NCBI GenBank assembly: GCA_044892505.1
Contig: CM097882.1
Coordinates: forward strand, 19,902,001-19,966,000
Reading direction: 5' to 3'
DNA length: 64,000 nt
Source of the DNA: Schmidtea nova
Taxonomy: Eukaryota
Below are positions 1 to 13,800 of this stretch, piece by piece. Every line of letters starts with the position of its first letter. The first letter of the stretch is position 1. Below the pieces are notes generated by a model. That model saw nothing but the letters and a program-made list of their open reading frames with translations. It was not told the origin of the DNA and did no database searches. A program made the translations under genes and the position numbers.

Positions 1-136
1 GTATGGATGAAGAATGGAAAAAAAAATTTGTAAATCAAGTTTTTTAAAAAAGAAATTTGACTTTTTTATGTGTCAAGTTTCATTTTGATTGGTTTCAAGT
101 ATTAATATTACTATTGTTATTATTAAAACTATATAG

Positions 137-508
137 GTTATTCCTGAACATCCATTGTATTCAAGAAATCCTGACTCAGTCATTGGCAAATTTGGACTTG
201 GATCCAATGAATGGGTTTTCTTAAGTCCGAAGTGCTACAGTCTTTTGGGTGAATCTGAAAGTAATAAAGCGAAGGGAGTATATTTAGAAGGAACTGAGAT
301 AAAACATCTTTCTTATCTTGATTGCTACAATAATAATCAAATCTTTTCTGTTCCTCAAACTCGAATTGGGAAGCAAAATCATCAATTGTATACTTTTAAG
401 AATACTAAAATTGCTTTAAGTAACAACGATGATAAGCGTCAGTGGGTGGGTAAAAATGAAAGTTTTGCATTCGGGCATTATTTAGGAGTCAATACATTGA
501 ACGACTGA
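137..508 (+). pseudogene. C-terminal fragment of a Polinton/Maverick-type protein-primed DNA polymerase B
   Basis: HPLYS...VIGKF, KCYS, KAKGV, Y.DC, K.ALSNNDDKR and FGHY are the typical pPolB C-terminal motifs. The N-terminal part is missing (in-frame TAG at 134-136). Confidence 0.8.
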
Positions 509-619
509 GATGACTAGTTCTTAATGTCGATATTTCCAGAATGAAAATTGTTATTGAAATAAATTTTGTTATTTGAAAATGTCTTTTTTTTTATTTTGTG
601 TCAAGTTTTATTTGTGTAT

Positions 620-623
<4 letters not shown>

Positions 624-670
<47 letters not shown>
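624..670. repeat. (ATT)n microsatellite
   Basis: Directly visible. Confidence 0.95.
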
Positions 671-672
<2 letters not shown>

Positions 673-726
673 ACCTATGTAAAGATTAGAAAAATCATAT
701 ATATGTTAAAATTTTGTTTATTAAAA

Positions 727-1190
727 GTGTGGAATGTAGCTTAGTTGGAAAGGCTATGGATTTCTAATTGTGAGACCCCAGTTTTAACTCTCAAGGTTGA
801 ATAATTTTTTCTTTGACGTTTTTATGAAAATTTTGTTAAGGAATCGGATTCAGCGTATTGAATTTGATGTAAATAGAAATTTTGGTTCAAATCTGACAAG
901 TATTAGTCGAGAAAATCATTTAAAATTTTTTTATATGTGAGAGGCCCAGGTTCAACTCCCACTTTGGACTAATTTTTTTTTCTATTTTTTGTAACAAATT
1001 CGGATTCAGCATATTGAATTTGATATAAATAGAAATTTTGGTTCAAATCTGACAAGTATTAGTCGAGAAAAATCATTTAAAATTTCTTTATATGTGAGAG
1101 GCCCAGGTTCAACTCTCACTTTGGACTAATTTTTTTTCCTATTTTTTGTAACAAATTCGGATTCAGCATATTGAATTTGATATGTATACA
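727..1190 (+). repeat. Degenerate tRNA-like head followed by a 156-157 bp tandem repeat (about 2.2 copies) carrying a B-box
   Basis: A-box-like TAGCTTAGTTGG near 737; cggattcagc recurs at 845, 1001 and 1158; GGTTCAACTC(C/T) in each full unit. Confidence 0.6.
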
Positions 1191-1559
1191 AGTTTTCATA
1201 AAAATCGGACCATAATTGACTAATATAGAAATAAAGATAAATTAATTAAAAAATAAATTTGATTAATTTAAATAAAATTATCAAATACTACTGATAAAGT
1301 AGTTAGTAAACAGATTGTATAAACTTGTATATTTTTATATAAAGACCATTCCGGATTATTTTTTTACCATTAAGATAGTTGATTACATATTTTCTAAATA
1401 ATGGCATGAATTAAGAATAAAAATATATGTTATATCTTAAAACTTTTATGGACTTCATGAAAGCATTACGAATCTGAATCCTGATGAGAAATCTTGCATT
1501 TATATAACTTGAAAACTATATAATTATAATACTAATATAGATTTTCGAAAGTTTAATGG

Positions 1560-2005
1560 ATCGCAGTTGAGCGCAGCGGAGCGCAGTGGGCGGTTGGCGG
1601 ATGGCGGATGGTGGTTGGCGGTTTGTGGTTGGTGGTTGGTGGTTGGCGGTTGGCGGTTGGTTGTTGGCGGTTGGTTGTTGGCGGTTGGCGGTTGGCGGGT
1701 AGTGATTACCTGATGGTGTGTCGGTCACTAAGTGTGCCGGTTACTACCCATAAGTGTGCTGGTCAATAAGCATGGCGGGCACGCGCGGATGATGCAATGG
1801 TCAATAAGCGTGCCGGACACGTGCGGATGATGCAAAAAATTCTAAAAGTAGTAGTTGCCATTGGAAACACGTGCCATAAGTGTGTCTTTGCACAAGTACG
1901 CTGGTCACGTACGAGTGATGTAATGGTCAAGTGTCCGGTGTTATGTAACTTAAAAAAATTTAAGGGGGGGGGGTACTGTATCTGACGGGGACACATCCTA
2001 CTACT
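1560..2005 (+). mobile_element. Probable right terminal inverted repeat of a Polinton/Maverick
   Basis: GC-rich island with (GGCGGTT/GGTT)n repeats, recurring TAAGTGTGC motifs and a G run, ending ...CATCCTACTACT (reverse complement AGTAGTAG), 1.5 kb downstream of the pPolB fragment. Confidence 0.55.
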
Positions 2006-2287
2006 ATATATATATATATAAACTGTAAAACTCTATAAATGAAATTGCTTTTTTCTAATTGTTCTAAATAAAACAGTGAGAAATTTTCTATCAATTATCA
2101 CAGATTTGATAACGATGAACAAAATTGTCACTAATTATTTATATTCAAATTTAATCATAAATTAAATAGATGATTGATTTGTTATTGTTATAAACTATTT
2201 TTTTTATTAATTATTGTTATTAATTTTCGCAAAATTGACATTGAATTTGAAAATTTAAAAAAACTTGCTTTTAGCACCCATATTATA

Positions 2288-2417
2288 NNNNNNNNNNNNN
2301 NNNNNNNNNNNNNNNNNNNNNNNNNNNNNNNNNNNNNNNNNNNNNNNNNNNNNNNNNNNNNNNNNNNNNNNNNNNNNNNNNNNNNNNNNNNNNNNNNNNN
2401 NNNNNNNNNNNNNNNNN
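2288..2417. other. N-run (130 bp)
   Basis: Directly visible. Confidence 1.
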
Positions 2418-2563
2418 TATTTATAAAAAAATTAGTCATAAAAGTGTCTAAGCAAAACAATTAAATTAGTTTTGATAATTATACTTATTTTAATAAAACA
2501 AAATTTTTAGTTTATTTTATTGATAATGTTTTTAATTCAATAATTTTCTTATTAATTTTTGTA

Positions 2564-2709
2564 AGACTTGATCAAAAAATTATTTTGGTTGTTAAGTAAA
2601 TGATATTTTGGCACAGCTTTTATCAAATGTGAAGGAAATACACACTTGATAAAGGCTGTGCCGAAATATTGTGTGCCTAACAACCAAAAAAAGTTTTGAT
2701 CTATAGTCT
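2564..2709. mobile_element. Foldback MITE, nearly fully self-complementary
   Basis: AGACTTGATCAAAA...GGCACAGCTTTTATCAA pairs with TTGATAAAGGCTGTGCC...TTTTGATCTATAGTCT; TA on both sides. Confidence 0.8.
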
Positions 2710-3704
2710 TACAAATAGTGTTATGAAAATTTTTTGAATTTAAAGAGATCAAAGTTGAAACCAAAAGATAATTAAGATAGATATATTTTATTTATTAATT
2801 ATATATTTAATTTACACATAAATAAAAAATCCTTTAGCTCTTTAATTTTTTTTAAATCGTTCTTGATAAAATTCTAGTTACATCTAGACATTTAAATTTA
2901 ACCATCAAATATATATTTCATTTACAATTTTCGTTCAATATTAGTCTTTCATAGAAATAAAAAATTTTCAATTTAAAAACCAATTTTCAGCGCTTCCTTT
3001 TCCAAGTGACACTTTAAATAGCAGTTGAAAACGGCAGTGCCGAAACTCTATGTTGAATTGAAAACATTTTGATCTATTGTCATAAAGAATGAAAAAAACG
3101 AAATTTTAATTTAATTTTTATTGACATTGGTTTGATTTTCAAATGTCGGTGATTTATTATTATAAGATTATTATTTATAAATAAGAGCTCATCAACTAAA
3201 ATTTTCTTTGAATATTTTTTATTTTCATCCTTCAGACTTGATTCTTAGTATGCAACTGATCATAATTATTGACTAAAATTATTGATAATTGCACAAATGA
3301 TTTAAAATTCTACAATGTCTCGAAATCAAATCAAAAATTGGCTTGAATCTTAAATGAATTTGATATTTAATATTTGTTGAGAATTTGTGTTAATTTTCGG
3401 TCAGAAAGATCTCACCCGACCCATATAACGTTTTTCTATTTGTATTTCGGTATTCGTGAGATTTATCTTTACTTGTATGAGAGTGAAATTATTGAAAAGT
3501 TGATCAGCCATGAGAATATTTTTTTTAATAATAATAAATAAGCCTTTCTAAGTTTAAGATAAGTTCAGATTTTTCAACTTAAATTATTCTAATTAAAAAT
3601 ACAAAGATATTTTATTTATACTCAATTCTAGGTAAAGAATCAAAATAGTAGCCACAGTGGTTAACCCCTTCATCAAGACTGATAGTAAAAATGTGCATTG
3701 TATA

Positions 3705-4435
3705 CAGGGATTCGGAGCGGTGGTTAAAAACGCTCCGCTCCAGGCACCGCTCCATTAGTAAGCGCTCCTGCTCCGCTCCGCTCCTTTAAACAGAACAAAA
3801 CGCTCCGTTCCTGCTCCGATCCGCTCCATTAAAAAAAATCACTCTGGTTTATTAAATAAAAAAAATTTAAATTTCTGTTTTTTTTTTAGTATTTATTTAA
3901 CAAAAAAACAAATGAAATTTTATATTAAAATTAAAAAACATAAATATAGTTCTACTATATTTAAAAAAACAACAACTTTAACTTAAAATAAAAAAACATA
4001 ATATAGTTCTACTATAATAATAATAATAATATAATAAAGCCTTAAAGATTTTTTTAATCATTCTATAAAATTATTATTCAGCTTGATCAGCAAAATATCT
4101 TGAAGTCTTTCTTCACTCAGGCGACAACGAAGGTGCGAAAACACATATTTTAACACAGAAAAATTCCTCTCTACACTTGCCTGTGTAGCAGGCACTGCCA
4201 AAACAACTTTTCCCGGCAAGCAAAATTTTGAATTGATACCTAAATAACAAAACTTACACTAATTTTCCGAAACTGACACTACATTCGTTTTCGAAAAGAA
4301 ATTTAAAAAAAATATGGAGCGGAACCGCTCCGCTCCTTCTAATTTTTTTACTCACTGCTCCGCTCTTTACTCCAAGCAAATTATCCGCTCCGGAGCCGCA
4401 CAGTGCTCCGGGCTCCGCTCCGCTCCAAATCCCTG
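3705..4435 (-). mobile_element. Non-autonomous hAT transposon with 8-bp TSD
   Basis: TIRs CAGGGATT(C/T)GGAGCGG; ATTGTATA on both flanks; (GCTCC)n subterminal repeats; frameshifted hAT dimerisation remnant on the minus strand (VLAVPATQASVERNF/SVLKYVFSHLRCRLSEERLQDILLIKLN). Confidence 0.93.
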
Positions 4436-6322
4436 ATTGTATATATTGCACCAGATACGCAGTGTCATACTACCTCGTGAATAATAATATTTGATAATAT
4501 TTTTTTTTGTTTTCTTTTTTAATAATATCGAATCTTTCTAAAAGAATGCAATAATTATAAATTTTTAGATATAGAAATTGTTTTTGTTACTTTTATTACT
4601 AATTTTTGTGATTTTTTTTAATAAAATTTTTTAGATTTGAATAAAAATGTATCCATTTATTTTCGCACACAATCCGTAAACTCTAGAACCGATTCAGATA
4701 TACAGTTCGTGAAAAATTAATATTTCAGTACAGAAGACTCTAAAAAATAAGCAAAGTACGAAAAACTCCAATGCAGGAGAGACTACCTGTCATTATCTAG
4801 TGAATGGATTGGCTAATATTACTGTTCATTTTAGGAAATACAATAGTAAAATAATAGACATCCCTGATTTTATGATTAATGCAAAGAATTTGAATGAATA
4901 TTGAGTACGAATAACTTGTGCGAAATTGTTGATAAGATCTTTAAGTCCAAAAATCAAAGTTCAAATTTCTCAGATTGGTAGCCAGAAAATTGATATTCAG
5001 TCGAAATAAATAGCTTTATGTTGGATATACTTATATGGAATTTTTAAATTTTTAAATCTTTGCCATTTTTCTTTGGTTATTTATTTAAAAATTAAATTGT
5101 ATTAATTATAATAATAAAGTGTTACCAGCTGTTAAAATAGATAATAAGAAACACGTTCACGTAAATGTCTCCCAGACTAAACGCTTTTTTTTACAGATTA
5201 TTAAATTTAAATAAAATATATCACCGATGATGCATTATGCAGTTTAGGCTTGAAGAAAGCCTGATACTTTTAAGATAAATATCAGTTATTGAAAAGTCCT
5301 ACTCTTAACCCTTTGGACGCGTAAGTCGACCGCAGTCGCCCTAAATCAATTTTATTTTTCGTTTAACATGCCCAAAGCTCATTATATTTAAATGTCTTTA
5401 ATAAAAATGCATCAAAGTGGTTTAAGATTTATTTTTATTAGAGGATTTTTATACTAGAAATTTCTTATATTTATAATTGAGAGATCACTATTACAAAGAA
5501 TTTTTATAAGTAAGACCGTTATCGTTTGCTGTTGATTATAATTAAGCTCCCTTGATTTCAAAATAGGCCCTAGTTATCAACATAAATTCAAGTAATTTAT
5601 AATGTTTTTTATTTCAAAAGACATAACGGAATATGATTAATAGATTGGTAATTAATATTCCTTTGAAATAAAACTGTTAACCCACTTACTGCGGAGGGCC
5701 TAGTCTATTAGTCATGTTTTCTACACAGCGATAAACACCTTAGCAAAAGTGATGTTTACGAATCCTCTTTTATCGAACATACCAAGCAAAATTGTCTAGC
5801 AATAAGAAGATTAAAATAATATAATTCTGCAAAAACTTAATATGTAGTTCATGTTTAATCTTAGAATTGGCCAGATAATTCAACTTGCTATCTGCAATAA
5901 AAATCGTAATATTTTTTTTACGTTTTAACCTATTTAGTTCGATACAGGTCAATTATGTCAATTGAACTATGGAATCACTAATTTTTACCGATTATAAAAT
6001 AAAAATCAATATCTCTACTCTAAAATTTTTCATCTAGTATGATGCGTTATTGAAACTGTAGACTTTGGATAGCGATTTTTCTCTCTCTCCAATTCTCTAT
6101 TCCCATGAATATAGAAGCAATGACTTAAATACAATAAAATTGTCCGCTCGAATTTTTTGTTTTAAATTTATTCTTAAAAGATAGTTTTCAGTGATTTCTT
6201 ATTTTTATTATCATTATAATATTATTAATACTATTATTATTATTATTATCATTATTATTATTATTTTATTATTATTATTATTATCATCATCATCACTTTG
6301 CAATTCATTTATTATCATTTAG

Positions 6323-6412
6323 ATCAATAAAAGAGTTTACGACATATTCAATGACCTTCGTGATGGGATCCTTTTATTGAATTTATTAGAAGTATTGAGC
6401 GATCAAAAATTG
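6323..6412 (+). CDS. Spectraplakin exon, CH1 ([30 protein letters not shown])
   Basis: tttag/gttcg boundaries, 90 bp, phase 0-0; DLRDG..L..LLEVLS is the spectrin-family CH1 signature. Confidence 0.92.
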
Positions 6413-9400
6413 GTTCGTTAATAATTTTTGTATTGGATAATATTCAAATTAAATATCAAATCGACTAATAAAACCAAAATTGCATTCAAAATGTATATAT
6501 TATCAAAAATGGATGAAGTGCAGGAAAATACAATTAACTAGAAGGCGACACATAGTCAATGATTAAGCATTATTCTATAAGTATCTAGAAAATAGGCACA
6601 TGCATACACACTCTCAGATTGATCAGAAGAAATTCCCGAGAAATTGGTATGTGCTCGTGTGCATATTCCAATTGGCATACGACATGCGTTCCTGATGATT
6701 AATACATTTCCATTGAAAATATTCTCCAATGTCTAATAATATCAATATGGAATTTCCAATCAAATTCTACGAATCGATTATATTACTTGCATATTATCTG
6801 TTGATGAGAATTCGACATCCGATTGTTATCAGCATCATCACTATTATTAATATTATTATTATTACTTGCAATGATATCGTTTATAATTAGAATCTCATCT
6901 TAAAATTATAATTAAAAATCGATCATTCACATGTTAAAATCGATGGCGATTTCTAGTGCTCAGCTGAGAAAATCATTACTAACAAAATTCTTAGAGAAGA
7001 AAATTAGAACTTATTATCAAAATATATATTTTAATTCAAGTTTGACTGCAAAGAAAGATTTCATTTGGCTTCATTTCTTCTTAAACTATCAACATATTTT
7101 TTATTTAACGTGAATTTTTTTATTGTATTAATATAATTCTTGTCATCAAATAAGATTATTTTAATCCTAATGCATTTTTATTTTAACTTTTCTGACACCT
7201 CTTGCAACAAATTCTATAAAAGTCAAAAGATTCCGAAATTCACCGAATTTCACTGAATAAATTGGAAAATACAATTCTGATTTTACAGTCGAACGAAAAT
7301 ATAATTTCAATTTATCAATCCTTTCGTTTTTATTATTGATCAAATTTTTTAAGATATATTTTTTGCAAATTAAATAAATATCGTCCATAATTGTACAAGA
7401 AAAACATCGTCAATAAAATGTTTTATTTATATTTAAACATTTATACTACTGAAAATTAGACAGTACTTAATGAATAATGTAATTTCTTATACTTTCAGCT
7501 CACTCAAAACGCACTTTCGAGATTTCATTGTTTAGAAAATATCAACACTGTTCTCGATTTTTTGCGTTCTCAAAATGTAAGTTTTTTCATTTTTTTTCTT
7601 TGATAATCTAGCAGTAATATAAATTTTTTTATAAAATATAATTTATGACAGGCTTTTGTGAAAGAAATTATAATTTTACCTCAATAAAATATTTAATTAT
7701 CAATTTTACTAATGACGCTTGCGTTGGTAGACTAATACTCCCTTAAAATTATCCCTGGTATCAGTAACTTGAATTAAGGATTATATTTTTTCGACATGGA
7801 AAATTTAATTAAATAATCCAAGACGTCAAATACCTTCACCTGTCCATGAATGTATGCCTTGTTCCTAGACTCCAAAAATTCTTTGACAGTCATCTAAGTA
7901 TATTTTTCTACATGTTAACAATATCAGTTTTTATATGAATTTTTAATTAATCTTTATTTTCTACTTACCTCGTTCTTTTAGTTATATTAATTTATTCTTT
8001 AAATCCAATTAATATAGTGTAGTGAATTTTATCCAAGAGGCCATAAACTCTAGAGGGTCCTAATTATGTGTTAAAAACAACCAATCAAACAAGATTCTTA
8101 TTTTTCAGAAAAGAATTCAAAGATTATATGCGAATAGCATTAACTGAAACCAAAAATATATAAATTAATTGAAGATATTTAGCTGCAGAGATCACACTAA
8201 ATTTGAATATTACTTTATGTTTTTGGAATATTATGAACTTATGTTTTGTTTATATAATTAATAAATGAATTTTTTTTTAAATTTGTGATAAAAAATCAAT
8301 TTTTTATAAAAAAAAATAAATCATGAAGGACTGGGGTTGTAAAATATTTATAGCCATTAGGTGCGCCCTGACTACAAAAAGGTTAAGAATAATCCATATT
8401 GTGTATTACCCATGAACTTTATCTAGTCACATATAGATCAGCACTGTTGGCTATCTATGGTATTTGTAACTCTTAACTGATTATTTAACTCCAATTATTT
8501 TACAAATGTTTTTACAGTGTCTGAGTTCAAAGTGTTATTGATAAAACGTAGTAAATCCGTACTAGAATTATAAAATAAATACATTGAATTTACGATAGTT
8601 TTAGTTCATTGTTAACAAGCGCAGTCGAAATAATATTTTTAGTAAATTTTGCATTATTAGATTATTTTTTTATTTAATAGTTATTTAGTTTAATTTAATT
8701 TTGTTAATTTTATATTTTAACTATTAGTTAATTTTATTCTGTAAAAAAATTATGAACAATATATTAATCTTTAGACAAATTTTATAATAAATATTTAACA
8801 ATAAATAAGTATAAAATTAACTTAATTAAATTAAACTAAAACGCTATAAAATTAAAAGTAAAAGCTAATTAATTTCAAGGTCATGCTAATAAATGAAAAA
8901 CACTAATTGAGTCATTTATTTTGAAATTGGGTTAAGTAAATTATTCGGGTTCAACATATATAGCCACCAGGTTAGACAAGCATATACATTATGGTTGCCA
9001 GGCGTCCCGATTTTCAAGTCAATGTCCCAGTGTTCCGAAAGAGGTTTTCGGGATGCTCATTCTTCCCGGTTTGAATTTATTTTTAAATCAATGAAATTTG
9101 AAAACGTTGTGCTTTTATTTTACAATTTTAATTTCTTCATCGATGTTTTTTGCAGGAATATATTTTTTGCTTGGTTTTTACAAATAAAACGTAATAAATT
9201 TTGAATCAACGTCTGACTGGACATAACCGTAAAATTAGAAATGTTATGTGTTACTTTGTTGATTGAGATTTATGACACCTGGCAACACTAATTTACAGCG
9301 AAAAATATGACTATGTTTTAAAAAATAAAGCGTTTTTGAAGGATGGAAGATTTAACAGAAAATATAATTAGATTCAATTTTTATATAAATAGTTCTAAGT

Positions 9401-10770
9401 GTTTTTTGAATTTATTATATAGGGTAAACTCGGCTTTCTCCGTGACACGGCTAAATTCGTGATATCAAAGTAAAAATGCACCATTGAGGTTTACATACGG
9501 TTTTATGTAAATGTTTATCCATCACACTATTAGATTAAACTATTCCGCAGCCTAAGGGACTGGCTGGTTCCATTTATATATAATAGATATTAATTTATGT
9601 AGAATCTTTACAACTTTGCTTGTTAATATAACTTTTTTGTTAATATAATGTATTTTTTTTAAAGTATTGAATTCAAATGCTAGTATGCTACGAAAATATT
9701 GACATTTAATTTATTAAAAATATGTTTGTAATAACATAATAAAAATTTTTTAAAAATTTAAACTCAACAAATGGCTCCCAGGAAGATTAGCCATAGCATC
9801 ACGAAGTTACACAAAAAGAACATGGTTGGTTTAAACGTTTATAAGTTTGAACTCACAAACAGATTTCAAAATTTGAAATGATAAATTAGTAGACGAATCA
9901 TATACCGGGGCATACATAGTTGTCAGATATCTATGGTTTCTTTTAAAATATTAAGAGAATTCCTTAATATCACGAACTTAGCCGAGTTTACCCTATTATT
10001 TAATTTATAATTTTCTATGTTCCTATATTATTTATTTTGTTTTTTTATTAATCTCAATGAATTGTCAAACATTTTTTAAAATAAATTTTGAAACTTTTTA
10101 TACTATATTAAAATATTTGTTGTTGTCCCTGTTGGTCATGGTAAAAATCTGGCAACCCTAATATAAATCCATCCTGGTAGTCAAGGAGGATAATTAAAAA
10201 TAAAATAAATAAATAATCAAAAATTATCGTTTTCCCTGTCCATTCAATTGAACTACTGACTCGAAAGCAACAGCGAATATGATTGTATGAGCTTATAAAA
10301 ATAATAAATTTTATTTTATTCTAATTTCATCGATTAATTGCCATTCGTAGAAAGCATACGCCATGAATATGAACAAGTTTGTGTGTAATTTGTATGCATA
10401 ATGAATCAGCTCGTGTCATAACAATTATTTGTTAATCATATATTCAGATAAAACTGGTAAACATTCATGCTGAAGACTTGGTCGATGGCAATCCAAAATT
10501 AACTCTCGGACTTGTTTGGATAATAATACTTTTCTTTCAGGTAAATGTTAATGTTTACATAAAAATTGATAATAATTTTTTTTCGAATTAAACAAGTGCA
10601 ATTATTAAATTTTTATTTTAATGTTTATCAATATGTTAGCTGTTTTGATATTTTTGTCTTACATTTCATGATTTTCAATTCATAAACAAAACAATTTCTA
10701 AATTTTCTTTCTCTCTATTTAGCTTTTCATAAGGCATTTGATCAATATATTTTATTTAATAAAACAAAAT

Positions 10771-10831
<61 letters not shown>

Positions 10832-13800
10832 TGAACAAAATCTATTTATTTTCAATTATTTATTATCTATTTTTTATATGGAAATTTAAATTATATTTTA
10901 TTTCATAAAAATGACTTAGTAATTTGCTTACCAGTAGTTACTATAGAAAATCGACATGCCTTTCAATATTTAATATTTTTGTAATTTTAATTTTATTCTA
11001 ATTGCTTTTTCTTATTTAAATTCGCTATATTATTCATTTTTAAATAAAAATTTTAATAATTTAATTTAATATTTTACTTCATACAAATGATCTAGCTATT
11101 TCCATACCTGCAGTTACTATAGAAATCGCTATTCCTTTCAACGTTTAAATTTTGTATTTTACAAATTTTATTTTATTTTAATTGCTTTTTTATCTATTTT
11201 ATTTCATTTTTTTAAACTACAAATTTAAATAATATTTTATTTCATAAAAATAACCTAGTTATTTGCTTAACATTAGTTGCTATAGATAATTACTATCATT
11301 TAAATATCTTTTGTAATTTTCATATTTCTTTATCTATTTTTGTAATTTTATTTTGTCTCATTTGTTGAAATTTTCATTCACTGACTAAGTGACAGTATTT
11401 GACCTAGTTATTTGCTTACTAATTGTTGTTGAAGAAATTAAACTTGAAAAAAATGTAAAAAGAATAATATTTAACACTTTCAACTGTTGAATATTTTTGT
11501 GTGACATACCTGTAACTCCAGCATACATTTTTGAAATTTCAAGCAAAAATGGTAGACTTCAGACAAAATAAATAAAAAAAATAAAAATAAAAAAGGTATC
11601 ATGCAAATATGCATTCAAAACACTGGATATAATAGTAAATTAATTTATTTAAACAAAAATAACAGCAATACATGTATACATAGTGGCGATATATAATCGC
11701 CAACGGAGTGCAAAAGGTTAAGGACGAGTGTTCAACCTTTTGGATTTTTTGGGTTGTGCGTATAGTTTAAATATATTTTCACTTCTTAATCGTAGTATAA
11801 AATATATAGTTAATAGATATAGTTATTGAAAATTTTTATACAAAAAGACATTATATTTTGATAATGAGAACAAAACATTATTAGCAGGGGAACATATTAG
11901 GAATTTTGTGAAAAGAAAGCGAGGAAGAGTTAATAGTAATTATATTCTCCTGATCACTTATTGTTAGGTCACTATTATTCGACCGAAGCACTTGCATTCT
12001 TCTGTAACTAGGGGCCACCTTGACTTGGTGGCCTTAGCAACTGGTCTATACCCAAGGCTTTGTTTCTGTGGCAGACAGTGCAAGTATCTATTTGTTTATA
12101 GCATATTGAAATTATCAATGGCGTATATTCCTAATAATATCGATATATTTCCTATTTTTACTTTCTGATTTAGGGTTAAATGTCTTTTGCTATAATCCTT
12201 TCCGGTATGACTTGAGTTGTGAGCAATTGGGTCAGTCTAATAAATTTTCATTGTTGAAAACGTCAATAGATCATCATAAAGATTCCAGTATTAATTGTAC
12301 TTTCATGCAGTTTTTTATTAAGACTTAAAATTAATAAATCCTTTTAATTTTAAAATTATTGTGGTTTCTAGATTTGATATTTGTTTTCAATGATTGGTAT
12401 GAAAAGGAAATCTTGTTCATTTGACTCTTAAAGAATTAGAAGAACGTTTCATTTGCTGCATTTTAACAACTAATTAATCCGTTCCGTTGAATGCTTGACA
12501 TTGCGATTAAAGTGTCAAGATTTATTTGTGAAGTTTGAGATTAAAAGCTATTATGACGTCTATTAACGTCACAGTTCAATAACTTATAGAAAGCGGTATT
12601 TTGGTGCGATCATATACTGAATTTTAAAGTTTTGCAGTGTTGCACCAAGGGATGCAGTAATTTATCTAGATTTATCAATAATCTCACATCTTGGTATATT
12701 TCCGATATAATTACATGCAACACGAGCCGTAGAATTCTGTTTGCTGGAAAACTTAATCACGTCTTGAATGTTTTTAGATAATTTTCCATGGTAGACAAAT
12801 TTCAAAATTAAGCAGTCATTCCCTGTCCGTGTTCTACAACTTCAAAAGGCTTAAAAAATTATTCACTTCAAAAACTGAGGTGTGTTTTGTTAGTCCGGTT
12901 CAGGGTCCGCTTAAAGTAGGTTACCGCCTGAGCCAACCTCTGCCTTAGCGCTCCTTCGCCTTTCCATGAGAATGAAGAGATATGTTAAATCATTGTATAG
13001 AAAGGAGGTAGTGAGTTGCTTCCTTTATATAAATCCTTGACTGTAAAGTGACGGTTAAGTGGGGAATAGGTGAAAAAATCATTTTTATTATACTAACTTG
13101 CCGCAATTTTGCACAGAAAATGATATTTAAAATTAACAAATGTCGATTTATAACATAAAACATGATGAAAATGCTTTAATAAGTTTTATATTATAAATTA
13201 TTATTAAAAAATAATCCCTCCTGTTCCCCAAGAGGGTTTGTCGCAAGCCAATCAAAAGTTAGTTTACAAAATGGGGTACCCATATGTTTATCTTTCAAAT
13301 AATATAATAAGAAACGATCAGCTGAGTAGTCTTCATCGGACCAGCCAATGAGAGGCTTCTAGACAAACCCCACTAGGCTTTTCAAATTTGTAAACAAACA
13401 TTTGAACCTTTAAACATACGAAAAATGCAAAGATTTTTCCTATCTATCCAGCACACTTTTTAACCTTCCTACACTATGGTTGAAGTGCGTATAGGACCTT
13501 ATCGCCAGGCAAAAATACTTTGAACATTTGGAAAGACTATTTAATTAGATAACAACTGAAGTTGAATATACAATATGAATCGTTATAAATTTATAGTTTA
13601 TTACTATAATACGGACCTTAGACCTATATGTATATACTTTACGATGCACATTATACATATACAGCCAATAATAAAAAATAAACTAATAGTTGAATAATTT
13701 GTAATCACTTTATTTTCAACATAAACATTGAAACCAAACAAATTGTTGCAGACTTATAGACGTTGTAGTATAAACTTTATCGAATTTTCCGTTACATATA

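Noticed and set aside
1516-1996. Short ORFs PPTANRQQP... and neighbours
   Set aside because: Translations of the G-rich terminal repeat; low complexity, no domain.
4850-5040. KilA-N-like fragment (FMINAKNL...AKLLIRSL)
   Set aside because: The resemblance is short, interrupted by stops and cannot be verified without an HMM search.
5145-5175. Look-alike of the missing first CH1 segment (KKTFTKW)
   Set aside because: It needs two indels and has an in-frame stop and no splice sites; probably chance. The true exon was not located and may lie upstream of the window.
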